A DNA stretch of 64,000 bases from a virus (IMGVR_UViG_3300046832_001910:1-64000); one strand, 5' to 3'; positions 40,743 through 48,599 are shown, counted from the first letter of the stretch. Notes: generated by a model from the letters alone, not told the origin. A program made the numbers and translations.

Positions 40743-41738
40743 ATGGATAGACAGCAAATACTTAAAGAAATTCAAGACCAAAGTAAGTCTAAATTTTCTC
40801 AATTAAGAACGCAGGCTTTACAAGAAGCCGTAAGAAATCTTTCTGCAGCTGCAGCTGCAGCAGGTGATTCAAGTAGCGGTGGTGGTAGAACACCTTCATT
40901 GGAATTTGTAGTAAATACAACAGACAATCTTGAGTTTGGCTTTAACTTTACTTCAACAGGGGAGCCAATTGCATTTACTATTAATTGGGGTGATGGTACA
41001 ATTCACGAAGATTCTGGTGGTGGTGGATATTATGAAGAGAGCCATGAATATGCCGAAGTTGGTGAATATACGGTTACTGTTACCTTTGATGATCCTCTTA
41101 AAATATTGGAATTAGATTTTCCAGGAAGCAGCAATGATTACGCAGGAATATCCTCAATCACAAACCTACAGTATTTATCTAATTTACAAGATTTTAGAGC
41201 AGACAATAATCACTTGGAAAGTGTTGATCTTTCAGGCTTAACTAATCTTACATATGTAGATATTAGCGATTGTGAATTACCAGATTCAAGTACCCACTCG
41301 CTAACAAGTGTTAATCTTTCAGGTTGTACTGCCTTGGAAGAACTTCGTCTTGACGATAGCGATTTTTCAGGTGGTTTTCCTAATCTTTCTGGATTAAATA
41401 GCTTATTTTATTTTGATGCTGATCAATGCGATATAGTAGGAACCGTTGATTTATCAGGTTTACCTTCGTTGAACGGTTTTGATCTTAATGGTAATTCTCA
41501 GTTAACCAGAGTTATTATTTCAAGCTCTCAACCACTTGGTGATGGTTGGAGTATTTACATATATGGCTGCGGGTTGACTCAAACAGCAGTTGATAACATC
41601 TTAGTAGCTTTAAGTACTAATGGTGTACTTAATGGTAGCATTGATATGGAAGGCGGTACAAATGCAACCCCTTCAGCTACTGGTCTCGCGGCTAAGTCTG
41701 TGTTGGAAGGAAACGGTTGGGAAGTTCTGGTAAACTAA
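40743..41738 (+). CDS. PKD-domain plus leucine-rich-repeat protein
   Basis: INWGDG...HEY...GEYTVTV (PKD) and LxxVDLSGLxxL repeats. Confidence 0.75.
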   Translation: MDRQQILKEIQDQSKSKFSQLRTQALQEAVRNLSAAAAAAGDSSSGGGRTPSLEFVVNTTDNLEFGFNFTSTGEPIAFTINWGDGTIHEDSGGGGYYEESHEYAEVGEYTVTVTFDDPLKILELDFPGSSNDYAGISSITNLQYLSNLQDFRADNNHLESVDLSGLTNLTYVDISDCELPDSSTHSLTSVNLSGCTALEELRLDDSDFSGGFPNLSGLNSLFYFDADQCDIVGTVDLSGLPSLNGFDLNGNSQLTRVIISSSQPLGDGWSIYIYGCGLTQTAVDNILVALSTNGVLNGSIDMEGGTNATPSATGLAAKSVLEGNGWEVLVN

Positions 41739-41747
41739 TTTTTATGA

Positions 41748-44700
41748 ATGGCAGTAGTAACACTAAAGGATCTAATGGATCCTCTAACCAAGATAGCAAA
41801 ATCAACTGAAGAAACTGCTTCAAAGCTTGATGCGGTTGTTGCTGCTGTTTCAGGAGGGACTGGTGGTCAATTAAGTCAGGCAATCGTTACTGAACTACAG
41901 GTACAAACAGATTTATTAAGACAAATTGCAACCAATACTAAAAGTGGTTCAATAGCAGTTGACGGAAAACCTGTTGATAAAGATAAACTTAAAGAAGGTG
42001 CAGAAGCCATTAAAATGTTAGGTGGGGGTGCAGGCTCTCTTGCCATGGGTTTATTGGCATTTATGTTGGTGCCTAAGGGTGTTATTAAAAAATTCACAGA
42101 AACCATTACTAGCTTAATGGCGGCCTTTGATCAAATAGACACCCAAAAGGTAGAGAAAGGATCTAAAGCATTTGAAACTATTGCCGGTTCAATCGGTCAG
42201 TTTGCAAGAGGATTAGCAATGGCAGGTTTACTCTTTATACCTGCAATGATTGGGGTTGGTGTGGTTATTCTTTCTCTAAAGATCTTACTACCTACTTTTG
42301 AATTGTTAGGAGATTCTGATAAGAGAGTTCAAAAAGGTGCTGAAGTATTAGATCTTATGGGTGGTGCCTTAATAAAATTTGCTAAAGGATTAGTTCTGGC
42401 TGCAATTGGATCTGCTATCGGTATATTATTTACACCTCTTATAGTTCTTGCAATGATACTTATAGGTGGAGCTTTTGCTCTGCTAGGAAAGGTTGATAAA
42501 TCAATCAGACAGGGTGCAAGATCCGTGATGCTTATGGGCCGTGCTCTTGTATGGTTTGCGGTTGGTTTGGCTGTAGCTGCTCTTGCATCAATGATAGTTT
42601 TAACCAATCCAAATATGCTCTTAGCAATGGTTGGTAGTCTTGTTTTAGTTGGTGGAGCATTTGCTTTATTAGGAGTATTTGATAGATCAATTAAGAAAGG
42701 CGCCGTTGCCTTATTTGTAGTAAGTCTTACACTTGTAATATTTTCTATTTCATATCTTATATTTGCTGCTGTTACAAAGAATGTTACATTAGAACAGGTT
42801 CTTATTCAATCCGGTTTATTAATTGGAACCGGTCTTGCATTTGCCGTACTTGGTAAAATGTTTGGTCAAATTGTACCTGGTGCAATTGCAATTGCAGGTA
42901 TGGGTATTGGATTACTTGTATTTAGTTTAGGATACTTACCTTTTGCAGCGGTTACCAAGGATATCACATTAGAAAGCGTAGCTGCACAGGCAGGATTGTT
43001 ATTAGCATTAGGTGTAGAGTTTGCAGCTGCTGGTGTAGGTTCCCTATTTATATTAGCTGGAGCTGGAGCATTTGCAGCGGTTGGAATTTCATTATTACTT
43101 TTAGCTCCAGGACTTGCTGCTATCAAGGCGGTTGATTTTACTGAGGAAGACGCTAGGAATTTAACCACCACATTAGTTGGTGTTAAATCTGCATTCTTAG
43201 GTAATGCTGATGCTGATGAAGGATTCTTCTCAAAACTAGGTGGTGCAATAACCGGTGCTGTTGATGCAGTAAGAATGGTTGAAGCTGCATCCGGTTTTAT
43301 AGCAGCCGGTATCGCTCTTAAAACTTTATCTTGGGGCCTAATGGCATTTAAAGAAGTTAAGTGGAGTGACGAGTTATCAAAAGAATTAGTAGTTATGCTA
43401 AACGGTGTTACTACTGCATTTGCTTTAGCTGGGTCAAGCGAACAGGTTCCAAGTTCATCTTTCTTTGGTCAAATGTTCGGCTTTAAGAGAACTGCGGTTG
43501 AAGAAGGTATTAATTCAGTACTAGGTGCAGGCAGAGCACTTAAAGATATTGCCGAAGGTCTTAAGGCATTCCAGGCACTTATTGATAGTGGTGTTAATTT
43601 TGGTCAACCTGATGAAAACGGAAGATACCAACCTGGTACATTAGGTTATGCTGTAACAAACACGGTAGGATTTATTAATGAAGCATTTGCTTCAATTGCA
43701 GATCAAGGTAATGTTCCGGCAGGTGGAGTATTTGGATCTCTATTTGGAATTAAAAAGAATAAAGTTGCTGAAGGTATTGAGTCAGTTAAAGGCGCAGGTC
43801 AAGAACTTAACAATATTGCAAACGGTCTTAAAACCTTCCAGGAACTGGTTGATAGTAATATTAACTGGGATAGGTTAGGAGACGCTATTAAAAAATCATT
43901 AGGATTTGTAGGAGATGCCTTTGCATCAATTGGTGGTAAAGAAGAATCTGATGGATGGTTTATATTTAGCTGGGATGAGAACCTTGTACAAAAAGGCGTT
44001 GAAAGTGTTCAAGGCGCAGGTCAAGAACTTTCAACCATTGCAAACGGTCTTAAGACATTTCAAGATATGGTCACAGCTAATGTTGACTTTGTTAAGTTAG
44101 GTGAAACTATTAAGACTACACTTACATTAGTAGGTGATGCCTTTGCAATGATAGGTGGTAAAGAAGAATCTGATAGCGCACTATTTGGATTAATTGAATG
44201 GGATGAGAACCTTGTACAAAAAGGTATAGAGAATGTTAAAGGTGCTGGTTCTGAGCTTACAAATATCGCAAAAGGTTTACAATCATTTGCTGACCTTAAG
44301 AACCCTAAAGCCATAGCAAATAGTATTAAAGAAATCTTTACTTCAATTGGAGATACATTTACATTCTATTATGATAAGCCTAAATTCTCAGGACAACTTG
44401 ATCATATGAAATCGTTTGTTAATACAATGTCATATAATGCAAGTAAAGGTCTTATACATAAAGCAGCTGACGGAATGTCTAAAATGGCCGCGGCTATTAA
44501 TTCAATTAATACCGATAAAGCAGAGGCATTTGGAAATCTATTTAAGGGCGCCGGTGAATTAAGTACAAACACTATGGCATATTTCCAATTGATTAATGCT
44601 GTTGAAGATATTAGAGATGCACTTAATGCACAAGGAACTGGTGGAGGAACACAGACCGCAGCTGCTGGTGGAACTCAAGCAGGTGGCGGTGCTGAAAGTA

Positions 44701-44816
44701 AAGGTATTAAACCAACTCTTGACAGTATTAATCAATCTTTAGGAAGATTAAACAGTACAATGGGAAATATTGTTCCTGCTATCCAATCTATCAAAATTAC
44801 CGTACAAGAACCGTAG
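41748..44816 (+). CDS. Tape measure protein
   Basis: 1022 aa, Ala/Gly-rich, hydrophobic helices and repeated WDENLVQKG units; after tube and chaperone. Confidence 0.75.
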   Translation: MAVVTLKDLMDPLTKIAKSTEETASKLDAVVAAVSGGTGGQLSQAIVTELQVQTDLLRQIATNTKSGSIAVDGKPVDKDKLKEGAEAIKMLGGGAGSLAMGLLAFMLVPKGVIKKFTETITSLMAAFDQIDTQKVEKGSKAFETIAGSIGQFARGLAMAGLLFIPAMIGVGVVILSLKILLPTFELLGDSDKRVQKGAEVLDLMGGALIKFAKGLVLAAIGSAIGILFTPLIVLAMILIGGAFALLGKVDKSIRQGARSVMLMGRALVWFAVGLAVAALASMIVLTNPNMLLAMVGSLVLVGGAFALLGVFDRSIKKGAVALFVVSLTLVIFSISYLIFAAVTKNVTLEQVLIQSGLLIGTGLAFAVLGKMFGQIVPGAIAIAGMGIGLLVFSLGYLPFAAVTKDITLESVAAQAGLLLALGVEFAAAGVGSLFILAGAGAFAAVGISLLLLAPGLAAIKAVDFTEEDARNLTTTLVGVKSAFLGNADADEGFFSKLGGAITGAVDAVRMVEAASGFIAAGIALKTLSWGLMAFKEVKWSDELSKELVVMLNGVTTAFALAGSSEQVPSSSFFGQMFGFKRTAVEEGINSVLGAGRALKDIAEGLKAFQALIDSGVNFGQPDENGRYQPGTLGYAVTNTVGFINEAFASIADQGNVPAGGVFGSLFGIKKNKVAEGIESVKGAGQELNNIANGLKTFQELVDSNINWDRLGDAIKKSLGFVGDAFASIGGKEESDGWFIFSWDENLVQKGVESVQGAGQELSTIANGLKTFQDMVTANVDFVKLGETIKTTLTLVGDAFAMIGGKEESDSALFGLIEWDENLVQKGIENVKGAGSELTNIAKGLQSFADLKNPKAIANSIKEIFTSIGDTFTFYYDKPKFSGQLDHMKSFVNTMSYNASKGLIHKAADGMSKMAAAINSINTDKAEAFGNLFKGAGELSTNTMAYFQLINAVEDIRDALNAQGTGGGTQTAAAGGTQAGGGAESKGIKPTLDSINQSLGRLNSTMGNIVPAIQSIKITVQEP

Positions 44817-44906
44817 AAGATTAATCTTTTTTCTTAGAAACTTAAAACCAAGTTAACCTGTTACTATATAAAATTAACGGATTGTTCCACTAAAAGTATA
44901 GTAATT

Positions 44907-45701
44907 ATGGCTAAAAGTATTGTTTGGTTTGATTTAGAAACTACTGGTGTTAACACAGCAACAGATAGGATTATTGAGATCTGTATGATTAAAACAGATT
45001 TTGAAGGAAATGAGATTGCATCTTTTTATTCACTTGTAAATCCTGGCACTGGTATTGAATGGCGCCAAGAGGCGATAGATAAACATGGCATTACACCAGA
45101 TATGCTTGAAGACCAGGATAGGTTTGAATTTATTGCCAAAGAAGTTATGGACTTTATAGGTGACTCTGACCTTGGTGGCTATAATGCACTTTACTTTGAT
45201 ATCCCAATGTTAACTGAAGAGTTTATGCGAGCTGGGCTGGTCTTTAATCCTCGCGGTAAGGCTGTAATTGATCCGTTCATTATCTATTCAAAATATGAAA
45301 GACGAGATCTAAGTACTGCTTATACAAAGTACACAGGTAAAACTTTAGAAGGTGCACACCGTGCAGAAACGGATATCCGTGCAACAATGGAAATCTTCCA
45401 GGCACAACGTAAACTTTATGATATGCCAGGATCTGCGGTTGAAATTGATCAGGTGGTTAATGAGTCTCGTCAAACCCAAGTAGATCTTAGCGGTAAGTTT
45501 AAGTTTGCCGAAATCAATGGTAAAAAAGAAGTCGTATTCAATTTTGGAAAGTGGATGGGTAAACCTTTTAAAGAAGTTTATGAAGCCGACTCACGTTACA
45601 TTGAATGGATGATTGATAAAGGAGAATTTGCAAAAGAAACTAAGATCATAGCCAGAAAACTTGTAGAAAAGATGAAGGCTGAACCACCAATGCCTTTCTA
45701 G
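44907..45701 (+). CDS. DEDDh 3'-5' exonuclease (DnaQ-like)
   Basis: FDLETTG, GYNALYFD and HRAETD motifs; C-terminal FGKW domain. Confidence 0.9.
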   Translation: MAKSIVWFDLETTGVNTATDRIIEICMIKTDFEGNEIASFYSLVNPGTGIEWRQEAIDKHGITPDMLEDQDRFEFIAKEVMDFIGDSDLGGYNALYFDIPMLTEEFMRAGLVFNPRGKAVIDPFIIYSKYERRDLSTAYTKYTGKTLEGAHRAETDIRATMEIFQAQRKLYDMPGSAVEIDQVVNESRQTQVDLSGKFKFAEINGKKEVVFNFGKWMGKPFKEVYEADSRYIEWMIDKGEFAKETKIIARKLVEKMKAEPPMPF

Positions 45702-45751
45702 AAATTGTTAATAACTTTTTTCATTTTTAGAGAAAAAAGTCTATGAAAAAT

Positions 45752-45782
45752 TTTCAAATCCCAATAATTTGTTTTATATTTA
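45752..45782 (+). promoter_or_regulatory. Putative early (host Bacteroidota-type) promoter
   Basis: TTTCA-N18-TATATTTA; near-identical context to 57476-57506. Confidence 0.6.
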
Positions 45783-45799
45783 TATAAAATAAAACGGAT

Positions 45800-46000
45800 A
45801 TGGAAATTAACACAGGATCAGTCGTAAAGTATCAAAATGGTTACTACCGCGTTACACGCTGCACCAAAAACACAGTCAATCTATCTGGAGTATGGGGCGG
45901 CCGTATTTATCACAAAGGAATTAATAAGTCTGAGGTAACTGAAGCTGCTGCTGAATGGTATGAAAGATGGAGTCAATCTGAAACCTATCAATGCATGTAA
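45800..46000 (+). CDS. Small early hypothetical protein
   Basis: 66 aa ORF directly after the early promoter. Confidence 0.6.
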   Translation: MEINTGSVVKYQNGYYRVTRCTKNTVNLSGVWGGRIYHKGINKSEVTEAAAEWYERWSQSETYQCM

Positions 46001-46001
46001 T

Positions 46002-46229
46002 ATGATACGAGAAAAAACACAACACGCCGGACCTATCGTCATTGATCTAACAGGACCTGACGGTAATGCATTCGTCCTAATGGGAATGGCCAAAAAGTTT
46101 GGTCGTCAATTAGGCTGGGACAATGGTAAATGCCAAGACCTAGTAAATGAAATGATGAGTGGAGATTATGAGAATCTTCTCCAAGTGTTTGATCGCGAAT
46201 TTGGTAACTTTGTAATTTTAGAAAGATGA
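46002..46229 (+). CDS. Small conserved-looking phage protein
   Basis: IDLTGPDGNAFVL...MMSGDYENL; ATG at 46002 preferred. Confidence 0.65.
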   Translation: MIREKTQHAGPIVIDLTGPDGNAFVLMGMAKKFGRQLGWDNGKCQDLVNEMMSGDYENLLQVFDREFGNFVILER

Positions 46230-46531
46230 ATATAGACATTGAAAAACTTAAAAAGATCGAAGAGGTCTGCGGACAATTTGAAATTGGTCGAATCATGGGT
46301 GGTGGTGATCATAACTACCTTCGCTTTGGTTATTGGAGACCGACTGATTGGACTGCACTCCAAGAGATCTTAGGTCCTTCTATTATCGTAGAAGAAGACT
46401 CCGATTATGATGATGACTGCGGTTGGAAGTATTCATACACTCTCTATGATCGCTTTGAATGGGAAAAGATTCAAAAAGAAAGACAAGAGAGATTAAATGC
46501 ATGGAGACAACCTTCCGTGAAACAATCATAA
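46226..46531 (+). CDS. Hypothetical protein
   Basis: 101 aa ORF with ATGA overlap. Confidence 0.6.
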   Translation: MNIDIEKLKKIEEVCGQFEIGRIMGGGDHNYLRFGYWRPTDWTALQEILGPSIIVEEDSDYDDDCGWKYSYTLYDRFEWEKIQKERQERLNAWRQPSVKQS

Positions 46532-46555
46532 TACATAGTTATATAAATAACGAAA

Positions 46556-46567
46556 CGTTCTTTAACA
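46556..46567 (+). promoter_or_regulatory. boxA-like antitermination site before the tmRNA
   Basis: CGTTCTTTAACA versus rrn boxA TGCTCTTTAACA. Confidence 0.6.
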
Positions 46568-46571
46568 TTAT

Positions 46572-46952
46572 GGGGGTGACCTGGTTTTGACGGTTAAGCT
46601 GAAAATAGGTTACTGATGCAAGCAGGGTTAGATGGAAACCCTTAAACACCTATCACACAATAAAAGGCGAAGAGAAATCTTCATTCACCTGGGAAGACGC
46701 AATGTCTTTCATTGGTGCTGATTACGCAGTAGCTGCCTAGTCAGTCCCGCACTCATCGTGGGGTATTAAAAAGAATGAGAACCTTGAGTACTTCTCGCTG
46801 ACTCTCTAAATAAGAGTGGGGAACATTGGTCCAATTAACGATGTTGAAGAACTAATTGGTATTTTGTTTGTTTAGAAAAATAAACTAAGCTTGTGAACGA
46901 AGGATTTAGGTTCCTTAGTCGGACATGGGTTCGAATCCCATCACCTCCACCA
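46572..46952 (+). ncRNA. ssrA: tmRNA
   Basis: Acceptor GGGGGTG/CACCTCC-ACCA with G3:U70; T-arm GGGTTCGAATCCC; tag frame 46666-46740 GEEKSSFTWEDAMSFIGADYAVAA*. Confidence 0.93.
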
Positions 46953-46956
46953 AAAA

Positions 46957-47013
46957 AGGATGCTTACAGCAAACTAGGACTAGATTTGTAAACTATACTC
47001 CTCAGCATCCTGT
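46957..47013 (+). ncRNA. Unassigned small structured RNA, copy 1
   Basis: AGGATGC.TACAGCAAACT...AGCATCCTGTA, shared with 47843-47899. Confidence 0.5.
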
Positions 47014-47016
47014 AAT

Positions 47017-47089
47017 GCGGAAGTAGCTCAGTTGGTAGAGCACAACCTTGCCAAGGTTGGGGTCGCGAGTTCGAATCTCGTCTTCCGCT
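47017..47089 (+). tRNA. tRNA-Gly(GCC)
   Basis: Cloverleaf; anticodon loop TTGCCAA. Confidence 0.95.
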
Positions 47090-47115
47090 CAAAAAGAAAT
47101 TTTACTCACATAGTG

Positions 47116-47142
47116 AAACAAACATAGTGTGAGTATATATAA
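47116..47142 (+). promoter_or_regulatory. Phage promoter (AAAC-N16-TATATAA) in front of the leader ORF
   Basis: Same motif precedes about 12 replication/metabolism genes; flanked by inverted repeat TACTCACA/TGTGAGTA. Confidence 0.6.
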
Positions 47143-47164
47143 ACAGTAAATAAAAACAAATTCA

Positions 47165-47260
47165 ATGCAACTGCACGGATGTACATATTGGATACTTAGT
47201 AATGTGGAGAAGAATTTTCCACAGGCGGATTCAATTACACACATTCCAGGCAGGAGCTAA
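47165..47260 (+). CDS. Putative attenuator leader peptide containing all 20 amino acids (MQLHGCTYWILSNVEKNFPQADSITHIPGRS)
   Basis: ATG after an A-rich initiation region; 23 distinct codons in the first 24; 3' end complementary to the terminator 5' arm. Confidence 0.75.
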   Translation: MQLHGCTYWILSNVEKNFPQADSITHIPGRS

Positions 47261-47284
47261 TGAAATAAACTCATCTAATAATTT

Positions 47285-47324
47285 AGGCCTCCTGGAAAAT
47301 AAAAAATTCCAGGAGGCTTTTTTT
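47285..47324 (+). terminator. Intrinsic terminator (attenuator) between the leader ORF and the tRNA array
   Basis: GCCTCCTGGAA (47287-47297) / TTCCAGGAGGC (47307-47317) followed by T7. Confidence 0.9.
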
Positions 47325-47333
47325 ATGGGTCTC

Positions 47334-47364
47334 TTTCAGAAAAAGATTGAGTGGTTTATATTTG
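47334..47364 (+). promoter_or_regulatory. Putative early (host-type) promoter for the tRNA array
   Basis: TTTCA-N18-TATATTTG (TAnnTTTG -7 box). Confidence 0.6.
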
Positions 47365-47386
47365 TTTAGATTAAGAATAACAAATT

Positions 47387-47398
47387 TGTTCTTTGACA
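47387..47398 (+). promoter_or_regulatory. boxA-like antitermination site before the tRNA array
   Basis: TGTTCTTTGACA. Confidence 0.65.
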
Positions 47399-47414
47399 TA
47401 TTGGTACCGATTTA

Positions 47415-47499
47415 GGAAGATTGGCAGAGTGGTCGATCGCGGCAGTCTTGAAAACTGTTGAACTGCAAGGTTCCGTAGGTTCGAATCCTACATCTTCCG
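47415..47499 (+). tRNA. tRNA-Ser(TGA)
   Basis: Cloverleaf with long variable arm; loop CTTGAAA. Confidence 0.93.
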
Positions 47500-47509
47500 C
47501 AAATCAAAT

Positions 47510-47580
47510 TGCCCTCTCGTCTAATGGCAGGACATGTGGTTTTGGTCCACAGTGTGGAGGTTCGAATCCTTCGGGGGCAA
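47510..47580 (+). tRNA. tRNA-Gln(TTG)
   Basis: Cloverleaf; loop TTTTGGT. Confidence 0.93.
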
Positions 47581-47582
47581 CT

Positions 47583-47762
47583 AATGAAACCCACAGAAGT
47601 CCGATTAGCGCGGATGAAAGGAACCTTGGCTCTCAAAGGATCGCAACCTTTTAAAGAGAGTTTGAATGTCCCAAGGTACTCTGTTCAGATTCCTGCTCTG
47701 CTGTGCACGGCAACAGGTTATGGGGAACAAACCATAAGTAAAACTCGGAGATAGGTTTCATT
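47583..47762 (+). ncRNA. Unassigned multi-branched structured RNA (~180 nt)
   Basis: Closing stem AATGAAACC/GGTTTCATT with several internal stems. Confidence 0.55.
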
Positions 47763-47766
47763 TTAA

Positions 47767-47839
47767 CGGGGAGTAGATCAGTTGGTAGATCGGGTGGTTT
47801 GGGACCATCAGGCCGCAGGTTCGAGTCCTGTCTCCCCGA
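47767..47839 (+). tRNA. tRNA-Pro(TGG)
   Basis: Cloverleaf; loop TTTGGGA. Confidence 0.93.
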
Positions 47840-47842
47840 CTA

Positions 47843-47899
47843 AGGATGCATACAGCAAACTTTACTAAACAGCAAATTTGGAAAAAAGAAGCATCCTGT
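47843..47899 (+). ncRNA. Unassigned small structured RNA, copy 2
   Basis: AGGATGCATACAGCAAACT...AGCATCCTGTA. Confidence 0.5.
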
Positions 47900-47904
47900 A
47901 TTTT

Positions 47905-47977
47905 GCCTCTGTAGCTCAGTTGGTAGAGCTACTGATTTGTAATCAGTGGGTCGCAGGTTCGAATCCTGTCGGAGGCT
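47905..47977 (+). tRNA. tRNA-Thr(TGT)
   Basis: Cloverleaf; loop TTTGTAA. Confidence 0.94.
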
Positions 47978-47982
47978 CAAAT

Positions 47983-48054
47983 GGTCTGTTCGTCTAACGG
48001 TTAGGACATCACCCTTTCACGGTGGTGATACGGGTTCGATTCCCGTACAGACTA
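47983..48054 (+). tRNA. tRNA-Glu(TTC)
   Basis: Cloverleaf; loop CTTTCAC. Confidence 0.93.
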
Positions 48055-48060
48055 CAACAT

Positions 48061-48135
48061 TGCGGGGTGGACTGGAGATGGTTCCAGCTCAGTCTCATAA
48101 GCTGAATCACATGGGTTCGATTCCCATTCCCGCAA
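48061..48135 (+). tRNA. tRNA-Met(CAT), fMet-like acceptor but atypical
   Basis: Loop CTCATAA; TGCGGGG acceptor; lacks the GGG/CCC anticodon stem. Confidence 0.82.
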
Positions 48136-48139
48136 CTAA

Positions 48140-48213
48140 GGCTCGTTAGTAGAGATGGTTACAATGTCGCCCTGTCACGGCGAAGGTCACGGGTTCGAGT
48201 CCCGTACGAGCCG
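48140..48213 (+). tRNA. tRNA-Asp(GTC)
   Basis: Cloverleaf; loop CTGTCAC. Confidence 0.93.
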
Positions 48214-48287
48214 CAAAAAATGCCGAGGTTTAATATTGACCTAAAGTAATGTGTACAGTTACATCGTAGGAAGGCTACCTACATCTT

Positions 48288-48364
48288 GGGGGTATAGCTC
48301 AGTTGGCTAGAGCATCTGCCTTGCACGCAGAGGGTCGTGGGTTCGAGTCCCTCTATCTCCACCA
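48288..48364 (+). tRNA. tRNA-Ala(TGC)
   Basis: Cloverleaf with G3:U70; encoded CCA. Confidence 0.94.
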
Positions 48365-48365
48365 A

Positions 48366-48438
48366 GATCTCGTAGCTCAGTTGGTAGAGCAATACACTTT
48401 TAATGTATGGGCCGCGCGTTCGAGCCGCGCCGGGATCA
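48366..48438 (+). tRNA. tRNA-Lys(TTT)
   Basis: Cloverleaf; loop CTTTTAA. Confidence 0.92.
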
Positions 48439-48514
48439 CAAAAAAATCGCTAATGGAAACATTGAAGGTGTACAATGCTAGCAACACCGCAGGTTAAGCG
48501 ATATCCTGCAATTT

Positions 48515-48595
48515 GCCGAAGTGGTGGAATGGTATACACGCTGGTCTTAGGAACCAGTGCTTCACGGCTTAAGGGTTCGAGTCCCTTCTTCGGTA
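48515..48595 (+). tRNA. tRNA-Leu(TAG)
   Basis: Cloverleaf with variable arm; loop CTTAGGA. Confidence 0.93.
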
Positions 48596-48599
48596 CTAT

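Noticed and set aside
48446-48510. Resemblance to a c-di-GMP-II riboswitch (GGAAAC..TGAAG, CCTGC)
   Set aside because: The characteristic GCAC/GTGC pseudoknot and P1 stem are missing; the similarity is too partial to call
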